The notes below the pieces were generated by a model, which was not told the DNA's origin, made no database searches, and saw nothing but the letters and a program-made list of their open reading frames with translations. A stretch of DNA of 64,000 nt from Candidatus Oxydemutatoraceae bacterium (GTDB lineage: Bacteria; Pseudomonadota; Gammaproteobacteria; Poriferisulfidales; Oxydemutatoraceae), in assembly GCA_965220085.1 (NCBI GenBank), contig CBDCOZ010000003.1, positions 928,001 to 992,000 of the forward strand, in the 5' to 3' direction. Both the position numbers and the translations under genes were made by a program. Each line of letters opens with the position of its first letter. Within the stretch, counting starts at the first letter, position 1. Shown piece by piece: positions 20,488 to 31,351 of the stretch.

Positions 20488-21645
20488 GCCGGTATCCCGC
20501 GTCATCTCTTTGATTATCCCGACGACATTTTCCGACGCGACCTTGCTGCCCTTGTTGCCCTTGCTATCCAGGCGATTGCGTGTTGCGGCTAATTCCTCGA
20601 CCATGTTTTGATAGCAGGTCGGATCGTTGAGCAGTTTCATGGTCTCGGCGCATATCTTCTCGGGTGTCGCATCGTTTTGTATGAGCTCCGGCACGATGGC
20701 GCGACCGGCGATAATATTCGGCAAACAGAAAAGCGAGATGCCGACCAGCTGTTTGGCAATCAGATAATTCATCCGCGATATCTTGTAGACTACGACGGTC
20801 GGCGTTTGGCACAGCGCGAGTTGCATGACAGCGGTGCCGCAGGCGGCGATGGCGATGTCCGCCGCTTGCATGTGCGCATAGGGATCCCCGGCAACAATGT
20901 CGCAATCAAAGCCGGTGTTTTGCAACCGCGCTTGCAACTGCGCTTCTTTGATAGTGCGCGCTTTGAGCAGGCGAAAGGCGATGCGCTTTTGTGATTGCCG
21001 GCGAATCTGTTTGGCGGCGCGGCAGATGACTGGCAGCAGGCAGTCTATTTCGCTTTTGCGACTGCCGGGGAGCAGCAGAATGGTCGCGCTATCCCTTTGC
21101 GCCGCGGGAGTTTTTGCCGCAGCGGGGGGCTCGGTCAGGTCTTCCGGCAACGGGTGACCGACGAAGGTCGCCGCTATGCCGCGCTCGGCGTATAACGCTT
21201 CTTCAAAAGGCAGGATGACCGCAATGCGATCCGCCAAGCGCGCGATCTTTTTGATGCGCCGCGGTCGCCACGCCCATATTTGCGGCGCGATGTAAATGAG
21301 CACTTTGATGCCGAGCGATTGCGCGACAGCCGCCAGCCGCAAATTAAACTCGGGGTAGTCCACGATGACGAGCAAATCCGGCCGTTGTTCCAGCAACGCC
21401 GCTTTCATGATGTTCATCGCGCGTTTGATCTTCGGGTAGTGATACAGGATATTGACTATCCCCATGACCGCAATGTCGGAGGAGTCAGCCAGCAAGCGCA
21501 TGCCGGCTTGTCGCATTTGGCCGCCGCCCATCCCAAAGCATTCAAAACTTTCATCGCGCCGCAGTCGCGCTATCACTTTGGCGGCGTGTTGATCGCCCGA
21601 TGCTTCGCCGACAGAGAACATAATTTTCAAAGGCTTGCGATTCAT
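20479..21645 (-). CDS. lpxB: Lipid-A-disaccharide synthase
   Basis: GEASGD, DYPEFN, PQIWAWR, FVGHP, LPGSR. Confidence 0.95.
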   Translation of the reverse strand: MNRKPLKIMFSVGEASGDQHAAKVIARLRRDESFECFGMGGGQMRQAGMRLLADSSDIAVMGIVNILYHYPKIKRAMNIMKAALLEQRPDLLVIVDYPEFNLRLAAVAQSLGIKVLIYIAPQIWAWRPRRIKKIARLADRIAVILPFEEALYAERGIAATFVGHPLPEDLTEPPAAAKTPAAQRDSATILLLPGSRKSEIDCLLPVICRAAKQIRRQSQKRIAFRLLKARTIKEAQLQARLQNTGFDCDIVAGDPYAHMQAADIAIAACGTAVMQLALCQTPTVVVYKISRMNYLIAKQLVGISLFCLPNIIAGRAIVPELIQNDATPEKICAETMKLLNDPTCYQNMVEELAATRNRLDSKGNKGSKVASENVVGIIKEMTRDTGSR

Positions 21646-21680
21646 TATGGTGTAAAATTCGTTATTGGATATCCGCACAA

Positions 21681-22367
21681 GTGATTAAAACAGAGACAGC
21701 ATATTATCAGGCCGTCATGGCAATTCCTCAAATAATCCGCCGATCGGCCCCGTTGCCGGACTGCGGCGATGCCATCGTTGCCGGCGCAGATGAAGCCGGG
21801 CGCGGCGCGCTGGCGGGGCCGGTGGTGGCGGCGGCGGTCGTGTTTGACAAACGGCGGGAGATACAGGGATGCGCCGATTCCAAAACGCTGACCGCCGCGC
21901 GGCGGGCGGCTTTGTCGCAAACGATAAAAGACAAGGCGTTGGCGTGGGCGGTTGCGCGCGCCGATGTCGATGAAATCGAAGCGCACAATGTTCTTCATGC
22001 GACGATGCGGGCTATGGCGCGGGCGGTTGCGTCCCTTGCCGTCAAGCCGGATATCGCGTTGATCGACGGCAACCGCGCGCCGGATATGAAGACGCGATCT
22101 TGCGCGATTATCTCCGGCGATGCGCGAGTGGCCGTGATTTCCGCAGCCTCTATTCTGGCCAAGGTCGCGCGCGACGAAGAGATGATCTCGCTGCACGCGC
22201 TCTACCCGCATTATCATTTCGATGCGCACAAAGGCTACGGAACCCGCCGCCATTTGCAAGCGCTGCGGCGTCACGGCCGATGCCCGATACACAGAAAGGG
22301 ATGGAAGAGTGTGCGGCGTTGCGCGGAGCAATCCGGTTTGGAATTTGTCGGCAGACCCGGCGCATAG
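21681..22367 (+). CDS. rnhB: Ribonuclease HII (start may be 21717)
   Basis: GADEAGRGALAGPV, DSK, AASILAKV, HKGYGT. Confidence 0.95.
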   Translation: MIKTETAYYQAVMAIPQIIRRSAPLPDCGDAIVAGADEAGRGALAGPVVAAAVVFDKRREIQGCADSKTLTAARRAALSQTIKDKALAWAVARADVDEIEAHNVLHATMRAMARAVASLAVKPDIALIDGNRAPDMKTRSCAIISGDARVAVISAASILAKVARDEEMISLHALYPHYHFDAHKGYGTRRHLQALRRHGRCPIHRKGWKSVRRCAEQSGLEFVGRPGA

Positions 22368-22373
22368 CGGAAG

Positions 22374-25300
22374 ATGCCGATGAGCGAGTTCGTACATACC
22401 CATGTTCATACCGAGTACTCGATCAGCGACGGGCTGATCAGGATACCCGAGTTGATGCGATCGTTGGCCGCCAAGGGAATGTCGGCGGTTGCGGTCACCG
22501 AACGCAACAATCTGTTTTCCGCGATCAAGTTCCACACCGCCGCGATTGAGCATGGCATCAAGCCGATTGTAGGCTGCGAATTGTCGGTAAAACCCGATGT
22601 CGCCGCCCGCCTTGTCAGCGACATCGTGCTGCTCTGTGCCGACGAGCAAGGCTATCGCAACCTGACGCGGCTGGTCACAAAAGCGTATACCCAAGGGCAA
22701 ACAAACAATCAGTTATTCGTAACATACGACTGGGTTGCCGAGCACAGCGAAGGTCTTCTCGCATTATCGGGCGGTCTGCGCGGCGATGTCGGACGGGCGC
22801 TGTTAGAAGGCGATACCGCCGGTCTCGAGCGGGCGGTGTCTTTTTGGCAAGAGACTTTTCCGCGGCGCTATTATCTGGAGCTCTGGCACACCCAGCGAAA
22901 AAACGAAAAAACATATCTCGTCAAAGCGCTTGAGCTCGCTCGCAAAACAGGTCTGCCGGTCGTCGCGACCAACGATGTGGTGTTTCCGGAGAAAGAAGAT
23001 TTTGAGGCGCACGAAGTGAAGGTCAGCATCCATAAGCGACAGATGTTTGACGACCGGCTGCGCAAAGGGCTGTATAGCCGCGAGCAATACCTCAAGAGCG
23101 CCGATGAGATGGCGGCCTTGTTTAAGCGGGTGCCGAGCGCGCTGGAGAACAGCGTTGAGATTGCCAAGCGTTGCAATGTGCGCTTCGCGCTTCACGAGTT
23201 GCGTCTGCCGGTATTTCCGTTGCCGCAGGGCGGCGATGTGCAAACGCAGATTCAAAACAGCACGGAGCAACAACTGCAAAGTCTGCTGCTGAAAAACCCG
23301 CGGTTAAACGAGGAGGAATATCGCCGGCGTCTTGCTTACGAACTGAAGACTATCCGGCAGATGAGTTACGAAGGCTATTTTCTGATAGTCGCGGACTTTA
23401 TCGCCTGGGCGCGCGCGCATAATATCCCGGTCGGCCCCGGACGCGGTTCCGGCGCCGGTTCTCTGGTCGCATACCTTTTGGGCATCACCGAAATTGATCC
23501 GATTCATTATCAACTGCTCTTTGAACGCTTCTTAAACCCCGAACGAATTTCCATGCCGGACTTTGACATAGATTTCTGCATCGACGGCAGGGACGATGTC
23601 ATCCGCTATGTGATGGAACGCTACGGGCATGACAAGGTGAGCCAGATAAATACCTTCGGCAGTTTTGGCGCCAAAGTGTCGGTGCGCGATGTGGGCCGGG
23701 TGTTTAAGCATCCCTACGGTTTTGTCGACAAGATCGCGCAGATGGTTTCCGACCGGCTCAATATCACGTTGGACGAAGCGCTGAAATCGGATGAACTCAA
23801 AAATGCTTATCAATCCGATGAGAAAATCAAGCAGATTATCAATATGGCGCGCAAAATTGAGGGCTTGGTGCGCAACCCGGGGCGTCACGCGGGCGGTATC
23901 GTCATCTCGCCGGAGCCGCTGGTCGATTACGCCGCTTTGTACTGTGAGCCGAATGAAAAGAACCTCGTTTCGCAGTTGGATATGAAAGACATCGAGAAAA
24001 TCGGATTGGTCAAATTTGATTTTCTCGGCCTCAAGACGCTGACTATCATCAACAAGACCGTTTTGTCCCTGCAAGAGAACGGCGTTGATATCAACATCAG
24101 CGATATCAGTTTGGATGACAAGAAGACCTACGAGTTGTTGCAGGAAGCGCGCACGATCGCTGTGTTCCAACTGGAATCCGAAGGGATTCGCGAACTGATG
24201 AAAGAACTCAAGCCGGACAGCTTTAAGGATATTGTGGCATTGGTCGCATTGTATCGTCCCGGTCCTCTGCAATCCGGCATGAGCAGGGATTACGTAGCGC
24301 GCAAGCACGGCGCCGCCGTACGCTATGAGCACCCGTCGCTTGAGCCGATATTGAAAAACACTTACGGCATCATTCTGTATCAGGAGCAGGTGATGGAAAT
24401 TGCCCGCACTTTGGCCGGTTATACGCTCGGTGCGGCGGACATATTGCGCCGCGCGATGGGCAAGAAAGACCCCGAGGTGATGCGGCAGCAACGGGAAATA
24501 TTTATCAGCGGGGCTGTCAAAAACAACATCAACAAAGGGGTGGCAACCGCCATTTTTGATCTGATGGAATATTTTGCCGGCTACGGTTTTAATAAGTCGC
24601 ATTCGGTCGCCTATGCGCTGATCGCGTATCGCACCGCCTGGCTGAAAGCCAATCACCCGGGCGCTTTTATGGCGGCGGTGCTGTCTGCGGATGCGGACAA
24701 CACCGACAAGATTGTGTCGCTGCTCGAGGAATGCCGCATGATGAATCTCAAAATCATGCCGCCCGATATCAACCGCTCAAAGGCGCGCTTTGTCGCTACG
24801 GCGGATGGCATCCTCTACGGCATGGGAGCGATTCGCAATCTCAGCAAATATGTGGTGGAGGGTCTCACCGCAGAGAGAGAACAAAACGGCGATTTCGTAT
24901 CGCTGTCAAATTTTTGTTCGCGCATGGTCGCGACGGTCAAGCGGGCGTCGATAGAGAATATGATTCGCGCCGGCGTCTTTGACTCGGTGGAGACCGATCG
25001 CGGCGCTATGCTCAATGAGTTGCCGCGCATATTGGCTATGGCCGAGCGCGAGAAAAAAGAAGCCGACATGGGGCAGTCGGCCTTGTTTGATGACGGCTTG
25101 AAAGGCAAAGCGCGCACGAGCTCTTTGCCCAAATTAGCCGCCGAGGAAGCGCTTGGCAGAGAGCAGATACTGAAGATGGAGCGCGACAGTCTGGGCTTGT
25201 ATCTGACCGACCATCCGGTGGCTTTTTATCAGGCGGAAGTCGATAGCATGACCTTTTGTGATCTGGGGAGACTGAAACAGACGAACGACCGCCGCATAGC

Positions 25301-25844
25301 GAAGATGGTAGGCCGCGATTCGTCCCTGTGGGTCGCCGGCGTCATTATGGATATTCGGAGAAAATATATCCGCAACAGCAAGGCTTCGTTTTTCTCTTTG
25401 GATGACGGCAAAGGGCGCATCGATCTGGCGCTCTTTGACAAGGACTATCACAACTGCGAAGACATGCTCGCATACGACAATGTGGTAGTCGTTGAGGTTT
25501 ATCGCCTCAGTGTCAGCGCATCATGGCAGAATTCGCGCTGGCGCGCCTGCGCGATATTGACACTTGACCAAGCGCGCAGAAAGTTTGCCAACGGGGTGTT
25601 GTTCAAACTGGACATGCGGCGGGGAGGGAAGCAGTTGATCGCCAGGGTGAAGGACTGCTTGCTGCCGTTTCGCGAGGCGGGCGGGTGTCCGGTGATGATC
25701 TCGGTTTTGACCGGAGAGGCCGAGGCGCGGATGAGCTTCGGCGACGAATGGACGGTACAGCCGTGCGAATCATTGCTACAGAACTTGGGCCATATCGCCG
25801 GTGTGGAAAATGTGCGGGTCAGTTATTCCGGCAAGGCCGGGTGA
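22374..25844 (+). CDS. dnaE: DNA polymerase III alpha subunit
   Basis: PHP HVHTEYS, GRGSGAGS, PDFDIDF, FNKSHS. Confidence 0.97.
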   Translation: MPMSEFVHTHVHTEYSISDGLIRIPELMRSLAAKGMSAVAVTERNNLFSAIKFHTAAIEHGIKPIVGCELSVKPDVAARLVSDIVLLCADEQGYRNLTRLVTKAYTQGQTNNQLFVTYDWVAEHSEGLLALSGGLRGDVGRALLEGDTAGLERAVSFWQETFPRRYYLELWHTQRKNEKTYLVKALELARKTGLPVVATNDVVFPEKEDFEAHEVKVSIHKRQMFDDRLRKGLYSREQYLKSADEMAALFKRVPSALENSVEIAKRCNVRFALHELRLPVFPLPQGGDVQTQIQNSTEQQLQSLLLKNPRLNEEEYRRRLAYELKTIRQMSYEGYFLIVADFIAWARAHNIPVGPGRGSGAGSLVAYLLGITEIDPIHYQLLFERFLNPERISMPDFDIDFCIDGRDDVIRYVMERYGHDKVSQINTFGSFGAKVSVRDVGRVFKHPYGFVDKIAQMVSDRLNITLDEALKSDELKNAYQSDEKIKQIINMARKIEGLVRNPGRHAGGIVISPEPLVDYAALYCEPNEKNLVSQLDMKDIEKIGLVKFDFLGLKTLTIINKTVLSLQENGVDINISDISLDDKKTYELLQEARTIAVFQLESEGIRELMKELKPDSFKDIVALVALYRPGPLQSGMSRDYVARKHGAAVRYEHPSLEPILKNTYGIILYQEQVMEIARTLAGYTLGAADILRRAMGKKDPEVMRQQREIFISGAVKNNINKGVATAIFDLMEYFAGYGFNKSHSVAYALIAYRTAWLKANHPGAFMAAVLSADADNTDKIVSLLEECRMMNLKIMPPDINRSKARFVATADGILYGMGAIRNLSKYVVEGLTAEREQNGDFVSLSNFCSRMVATVKRASIENMIRAGVFDSVETDRGAMLNELPRILAMAEREKKEADMGQSALFDDGLKGKARTSSLPKLAAEEALGREQILKMERDSLGLYLTDHPVAFYQAEVDSMTFCDLGRLKQTNDRRIAKMVGRDSSLWVAGVIMDIRRKYIRNSKASFFSLDDGKGRIDLALFDKDYHNCEDMLAYDNVVVVEVYRLSVSASWQNSRWRACAILTLDQARRKFANGVLFKLDMRRGGKQLIARVKDCLLPFREAGGCPVMISVLTGEAEARMSFGDEWTVQPCESLLQNLGHIAGVENVRVSYSGKAG

Positions 25845-26021
25845 CGGATAACCCTGCCCGCCCTGCTTGCGGGGGAGTCGCACAAGCCGAATCGCAGGCG
25901 CCGGGCGAGGCGCTCGCAGTGACACCGGCGCGCGCACCGGATGGGCGCGTGTCATATTCGTGTTATATTGAGTTGTCATCATAGCGAATCCTTTTCGGAG
26001 ATTTTTATCGGGACAAATGAT

Positions 26022-26723
26022 ATGAGTAACCAAGCAATAACCGAATCACCGCACTTATCAACGCAGTTTGAGAAAGAAAAAGAGCAGATCAAAGACGATC
26101 TCGTGCGGATGGGCGGGGTCGTTGAGGAATGCATATCCGCGATCGTGCGCGCGCTGTGCGAGGGCAACAATCGGTTGCTTCCCGATGTGACCCAAACAGA
26201 GCAAGACATCAATTCCTATGAGATGAAGGTAGACGAAGGCTGTGTTGAGGTGTTGGCGCGGCGCAACCCGGTGGCGTGTGATTTGCGCCTAATCGTCTCT
26301 ACGATGCGGATCTCTTCCAACCTCGAGCGCATGGGGGATGAAGCAGAGAAAGTGGTCAACTTGCTGAGGGAGTCCAGTCTGGATTTGATTCCCGGCAACA
26401 TGGCGGGAACGGTGAAGCATTTGGCGCGGCAGGTGCTGTCAATGATGTCCGATTCAATGGACAGTTTTGTCCGCCTTGATTCGTCGGCCGCTCAGGCTGC
26501 GGTCCTGAAAGACCGAGAGATCGACGAGGAATATACCGCGATATTGCGGCAACTCATCACGTATATCATGCAAGAGCCGAAGTATATTTCTCATGTCCTC
26601 AACATCATCTGGTGTGTGCGCTCCCTGGAGCGCATCGGCGATCACGCAAAAAACATCGCCGAGCAGGTTGTCTTTGTCGACCGAGCCGAAGACATACGTC
26701 ACGCCGGCGGCACGGGCGACTAG
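26022..26723 (+). CDS. phoU: Phosphate signalling protein PhoU
   Basis: PVACDLR, LERMGD, LERIGDHAKNIAE. Confidence 0.93.
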   Translation: MSNQAITESPHLSTQFEKEKEQIKDDLVRMGGVVEECISAIVRALCEGNNRLLPDVTQTEQDINSYEMKVDEGCVEVLARRNPVACDLRLIVSTMRISSNLERMGDEAEKVVNLLRESSLDLIPGNMAGTVKHLARQVLSMMSDSMDSFVRLDSSAAQAAVLKDREIDEEYTAILRQLITYIMQEPKYISHVLNIIWCVRSLERIGDHAKNIAEQVVFVDRAEDIRHAGGTGD

Positions 26724-26747
26724 GGCGGGTTCGGGGGCGGGCGCGAC

Positions 26748-27644
26748 TCAGCCGAGCAGGTCTTCAAGCAACGCCTTCTGTGCGTGGAGTCTGTTAGCCG
26801 CTTCGTCCCAGACAACGCTTTGCTCGCCGTCTATCACTTCGGCGCTGACTTCTTCGCCGCGGTGCGCGGGCAAGCAGTGCATAAACAAAGCGTCTTTTGC
26901 GGCGCAGGCCATGACCTTGCTGTTGACCTGATAATCGGCAAAGCGCCGGCGCCGGATTTGATTTTCGTCTTCGTTGCCCATGCTGGCCCAAACATCGGTG
27001 ACGACCAAGTGCGCGTTTTCCGCCATCGCCGACGCATCGTTTTCCACCCGCACCCGGTCGCCCGCTTGTGCGACAAGCGCGGCGTCGGGTTCGTACCCCG
27101 GCGGACACGCGATATGCAACTCAAAATCAAATTGCCGCGCGGCATTGATATACGAATGGCACATATTATTGCCGTCGCCAATCCACGCCACCCGCTTGCC
27201 GGTGATATCGCCGCGGTGTTCATGGAAGGTCAGCATATCCGCCAACAACTGACACGGGTGAAAGCGGTCGGTCAACCCGTTGATAACCGGCACCGACGAA
27301 TGCCGGGAAAGTTGCTCGGCGCGTTCGTGTTCAAACGTTCTGATCATGATGCCATCGACCATGCCGGACAAAACCCGGGCGCTGTCTTCTATCGTTTCGC
27401 CGCGTCCCAGTTGCGTATCTTGCTTGCTCAAAAAAATTGCGTTGCCGCCTAACCCTGTCATCGCCGCGTCAAACGCCACGCGCGTGCGGGTGGATGACTT
27501 CTCAAAGATCATGGCCAGGATCTTATTTTTGAGCGCGGTATTGTCGCTCTCGGATTTCATTTCAACCGCTCTGATGATCAGCCGCTTGAGTTGTTGCGGG
27601 GCGAAGTCCGTCAGGGTTAAAAAGTGGCGTGTCGTTTTCATCAT
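26748..27644 (-). CDS. argF: Ornithine carbamoyltransferase
   Basis: [17 protein letters not shown]. Confidence 0.95.
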   Translation of the reverse strand: MMKTTRHFLTLTDFAPQQLKRLIIRAVEMKSESDNTALKNKILAMIFEKSSTRTRVAFDAAMTGLGGNAIFLSKQDTQLGRGETIEDSARVLSGMVDGIMIRTFEHERAEQLSRHSSVPVINGLTDRFHPCQLLADMLTFHEHRGDITGKRVAWIGDGNNMCHSYINAARQFDFELHIACPPGYEPDAALVAQAGDRVRVENDASAMAENAHLVVTDVWASMGNEDENQIRRRRFADYQVNSKVMACAAKDALFMHCLPAHRGEEVSAEVIDGEQSVVWDEAANRLHAQKALLEDLLG

Positions 27645-28820
27645 TTAGCTGCCGATAATTCCGGCCAATGCTTCAATGATAATATCCGCTTGTTTTTGCG
27701 CAAGTATCAGCGGCGGGAGCAAGCGTATGGTCGTCGGGTTTGGCATATTGATCAGGAGTTTTCTCTCAAGGGCGGCCGCTGCCAAATCGGGCCGGCTATC
27801 GCGCAACTCAATGCCGATAATCAGACCTTGCCCGCGTATTTCCTTTATGGAATCTTGCGGCAACGCTTGGCGCAAGTTTTCCATCAGGTAGCCGCCGACG
27901 GCGCTCGCGTGTTCCGCCAGTTTGTATTTTTCAATAGTCTGAATCACCGCCAGCCCCGCGGCGCAAGCGAGCGGATTGCCGCCGAATGTGGAACCGTGCG
28001 TTCCCGCTGCCAAGTGTTTGGCCGCCTCGCTCTTTGCGATGCAAGCGCCGATCGGCACGCCGTTGCCGAGCGCTTTTGCAACGGCGACGATATCGGGCGT
28101 GATGCCCTCGTGCTGATAGCAAAACCACTTGCCGGTGCGCGCGATGCCGGTTTGCACCTCATCGACGATCATCAGCAATTTGTTCGCGTCACAAAATTCG
28201 CGCACTTGCGCCGGATACCCCGGCGCCGGCGCTATGACCCCGGCTTCTCCCTGTATCGGCTCCAGCAACACTGCGCACAGTTCGGGGTGTTGTGACGGCA
28301 ACGCCCGCAGTTGTTCCATATCGCCAAACTCAACATGCGCAAAACCCGGCAGCAGGGGGCCGAATGCGGCGCTCTCAAGCGGGCGGGCGGCGCTCGCCGT
28401 AGCGATCGTCCTGCCGTGAAATGCGTTTTTCATGACGGCGATCGTCGGCGTTTTGAAGCCGCGCTGCGCATGCGCGCAGAGGCGGGCAAGTTTGATTGCC
28501 GCCTCGTTCGCTTCCGCTCCGGAGTTGCAGAAAAAGACCGCGTCCAACCCGCTGATCTCCGCCAACTTGGCCGCGAGCAGGCGCTGGTTGCGGATTTGAT
28601 ATAGGTTGGAAGTGTGCAGCAACTTCTGCGCTTGCTCTCGTATCGCGGCGGTCACTTGGGGATGGGCATGGCCGAGCGAACAGACTGCGATACCGGATAC
28701 CGCATCCAGATATTGTGCGCCGTCGGTATCATACAACCATACGCCGTCGCCGCGCTCAAATGTAACCGGCAGGCGCTTGTAGTTCGGCATCAGATGGCTG
28801 TCTTGCATGCTCGCGCTCAC
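27645..28820 (-). CDS. argD: Acetylornithine aminotransferase
   Basis: NSGAEANE, FHGRT, DEVQTG, AKALG; adjacent to argF. Confidence 0.92.
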   Translation of the reverse strand: MSASMQDSHLMPNYKRLPVTFERGDGVWLYDTDGAQYLDAVSGIAVCSLGHAHPQVTAAIREQAQKLLHTSNLYQIRNQRLLAAKLAEISGLDAVFFCNSGAEANEAAIKLARLCAHAQRGFKTPTIAVMKNAFHGRTIATASAARPLESAAFGPLLPGFAHVEFGDMEQLRALPSQHPELCAVLLEPIQGEAGVIAPAPGYPAQVREFCDANKLLMIVDEVQTGIARTGKWFCYQHEGITPDIVAVAKALGNGVPIGACIAKSEAAKHLAAGTHGSTFGGNPLACAAGLAVIQTIEKYKLAEHASAVGGYLMENLRQALPQDSIKEIRGQGLIIGIELRDSRPDLAAAALERKLLINMPNPTTIRLLPPLILAQKQADIIIEALAGIIGS

Positions 28821-30481
28821 AGATAGCCCGCCTGTTCGATGCGGCGGTAGATATAGTTGACCGTTTCCTCGGGCGGCGCAGCGCTGGTATCCACCGTGAT
28901 ATCCGGCGCTGTCGGCGCTTCATACGGGTCATCGATGCCGGTAAAGGATTTGGTCAGCCCTTCGCGCGCCCTCAGATAGAGCCCTTTGATGTCGCGCTGT
29001 TCGCACACATCGAGCGGGGTGCTGACATAGACCTCAATGAAGGTGCCGACTTGCGCTATCAGTTCGCGGTTGGCGCGCCGGTCCGCCGCATACGGAGCAA
29101 TCGGCGCGCAGATGGCCACCCCGCCGTTTTTGGTAATCTCACTGGCCACGAAACCGATGCGCCGCACATTGACGGAACGGTGCTCTTTGGAAAAGCCCAG
29201 TTCGCTGGAAAGGTGGGTGCGCACGATATCTCCGTCCAGCAACGTCACCCTGCGTTTGCTGTTTTCAAGCATCTTGTTCATCAACAACTTGGCCAGCGTG
29301 GACTTGCCCGAACCCGACAAACCGGTGAAGAAAATCGTCACCCCTCTTTCTCTCAGCGGCGGGTACATAGCCTTTAATTCCTGCGCCACTTCCGGCGGCG
29401 TAAACCACTGCGGCAACTGTTCGCCTCGCAACAGCATCTCGCGCATCTTGGTCCCCGAGACAGACAATATGTCATTTTTATTTGTCACGTCGCCGACGGA
29501 CACATAGCGCTTTTTGTTCTTGTCATAAACCAACTCATGAAACATAACCGGTTCAATGCCTGCCTCGTCTTTGTGCTTTTCCAACAACTCCTGCGCGGCA
29601 TACGGCTCATAGAACGGTTTGCCGTTTCCATCCTTGCCGGGCCCCGCGTGGTCGCGTCCGATAATGAAGTGCGTGCAACCGTAATTCTTGCGAATCAGCG
29701 CGTGCCACAAGGCTTCGCGCGGCCCCGCCATCCGCATCGCAAGCGGCAGCAGAGACAACACGCTGCGCTTCGCATCGTAATATTTCATGATGGACACATA
29801 GCAATGCATCCTCGTATGGTAATCGACATCCCCGGCTTGCGTGATACCGGCAATCGGGTGGATGAGCAAGCCGCCGTCAATCGCCTCCATCGCTCTTTTG
29901 GTCATCTCAATATGGGCATAATGCATGGGATTGCGGGTCTGGAACGCAACGGCACATTGCCATCCGCGCTCTTTGATGAACTGTTTGAGTTGTGCCGGCG
30001 AATAGCGGTAGCCGGCATAGTCCGTATGTTGCGGCGGCGAGAGGCACTCTATCGCGCCGCCCAGACATACCGGATGTTCCTCATGCAGGAGGCGGAAGAC
30101 ACCGGAGTGTGTTTCATCCTGCGTGCCGAACACCGCCGCAGCTTCCTCCGCAAGATCGGGCGTCCAGACTTCATCGACGGTCAGTATGGCGATAGGCAAT
30201 CCTTCCGCGTTGCGCAACGTAATGCGCCGCCCGGGTTGCGCCACCGCGGAGAACTTATCGCTGACATTGAGGGTGATCGGCATCGGCCACAGGCTGCCGT
30301 CGCGCAAACGCATATCCGACAGCGCCGAGCGGTAATCGCGCTGTGACATAAACCGGTCGAGCGGCGCGAATGCGCCGTTGAGTATCAACTCAATATCGCA
30401 TAATTGGCGTTTGCTCAGCAACCAAAAGGGCAAACTCGCCGCTTCGCGCATCAATTGTTGTCGTGCCGGATCGTTTCCCAT
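28817..30481 (-). CDS. Bifunctional sulfate adenylyltransferase / adenylylsulfate kinase (Sat-CysC fusion)
   Basis: QTRNPMH and GRDHAG (Sat); GLSGSGKST and LDGD (APS kinase). Confidence 0.93.
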   Translation of the reverse strand: MGNDPARQQLMREAASLPFWLLSKRQLCDIELILNGAFAPLDRFMSQRDYRSALSDMRLRDGSLWPMPITLNVSDKFSAVAQPGRRITLRNAEGLPIAILTVDEVWTPDLAEEAAAVFGTQDETHSGVFRLLHEEHPVCLGGAIECLSPPQHTDYAGYRYSPAQLKQFIKERGWQCAVAFQTRNPMHYAHIEMTKRAMEAIDGGLLIHPIAGITQAGDVDYHTRMHCYVSIMKYYDAKRSVLSLLPLAMRMAGPREALWHALIRKNYGCTHFIIGRDHAGPGKDGNGKPFYEPYAAQELLEKHKDEAGIEPVMFHELVYDKNKKRYVSVGDVTNKNDILSVSGTKMREMLLRGEQLPQWFTPPEVAQELKAMYPPLRERGVTIFFTGLSGSGKSTLAKLLMNKMLENSKRRVTLLDGDIVRTHLSSELGFSKEHRSVNVRRIGFVASEITKNGGVAICAPIAPYAADRRANRELIAQVGTFIEVYVSTPLDVCEQRDIKGLYLRAREGLTKSFTGIDDPYEAPTAPDITVDTSAAPPEETVNYIYRRIEQAGYL

Positions 30482-31248
30482 CAGTTCCCGTCCTTCATTT
30501 TTTGCCGCAAATCTTCAAGGCAGTTTTTTGCGCCTTCTCCGATGAACAGCGTGTCGGTTGCGACCGCTATCAGCGAAAAGCCGTCGCGGATGTAAGGGAC
30601 AACCGCATCCGGCGTGACGCCAAAAAAGCCCAGTGCGATGCCCTTGCGCTGCGCCGCTTCGGTCGTTGTCGCTATGGCTTGCAGCACCTCCGGCGCGTCG
30701 ACCAGACCGGGCTTGCCATAACTGGCGGACAAGTCATAGGGGCCGATCAGAATCGCATCGATGCCATCCACCGCAACGATGTTCTCGATCTCAGCGACCG
30801 CGTCTTTGTGCTCGACCTGCGCGACAACGCAGGTATCGGCGTTCGCATGTTCCAGGTATTCCGCGAAAGTCTGACCATAGCCGTGCGCTCTGGCCAAGCC
30901 GATACCGCGCCTTCCTTGCGGCGGATAACGGCAACTCAAAACCGCCTCTTGCGCCTGCTGCGCGCTGTTGACTTGCGGCACGATGACGCCGGTCGCGCCG
31001 ATGTCCAACGCTTTCTGTATCATAGACGGATCAGCCTTCGGCACCCTGATGAGGGCCGGAACTTTTGATGCTTGCAACAAAGGCAGCGCTTGCTCGGGCG
31101 AGAAAGGGCCGTGCTCGGCATCGATGAACAGCCAATCAAAACCGACGCTTGACAGCAGTTCGGTTATGGCGGGCGAAGGCAGGCAGACAATGGTGCCGAC
31201 AAGTAATTCGCGGTTCCGCAAACGGGCGGAGAATTTTTCATTTTTCAT
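30481..31248 (-). CDS. HpcH/HpaI aldolase family protein
   Basis: GFDWLFIDAEH, YPPQGRRG, IGPYDLS. Confidence 0.88.
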   Translation of the reverse strand: MKNEKFSARLRNRELLVGTIVCLPSPAITELLSSVGFDWLFIDAEHGPFSPEQALPLLQASKVPALIRVPKADPSMIQKALDIGATGVIVPQVNSAQQAQEAVLSCRYPPQGRRGIGLARAHGYGQTFAEYLEHANADTCVVAQVEHKDAVAEIENIVAVDGIDAILIGPYDLSASYGKPGLVDAPEVLQAIATTTEAAQRKGIALGFFGVTPDAVVPYIRDGFSLIAVATDTLFIGEGAKNCLEDLRQKMKDGN

Positions 31249-31351
31249 ATCGCAAAGCCAAAAGAAACTATAGAATAGCGCATAGCGCGGCAAAACAGCG
31301 CGCTATTTTAACAAGTATCGGTTGCGGTTGCACGACAAAAGCGGAGGAAAT

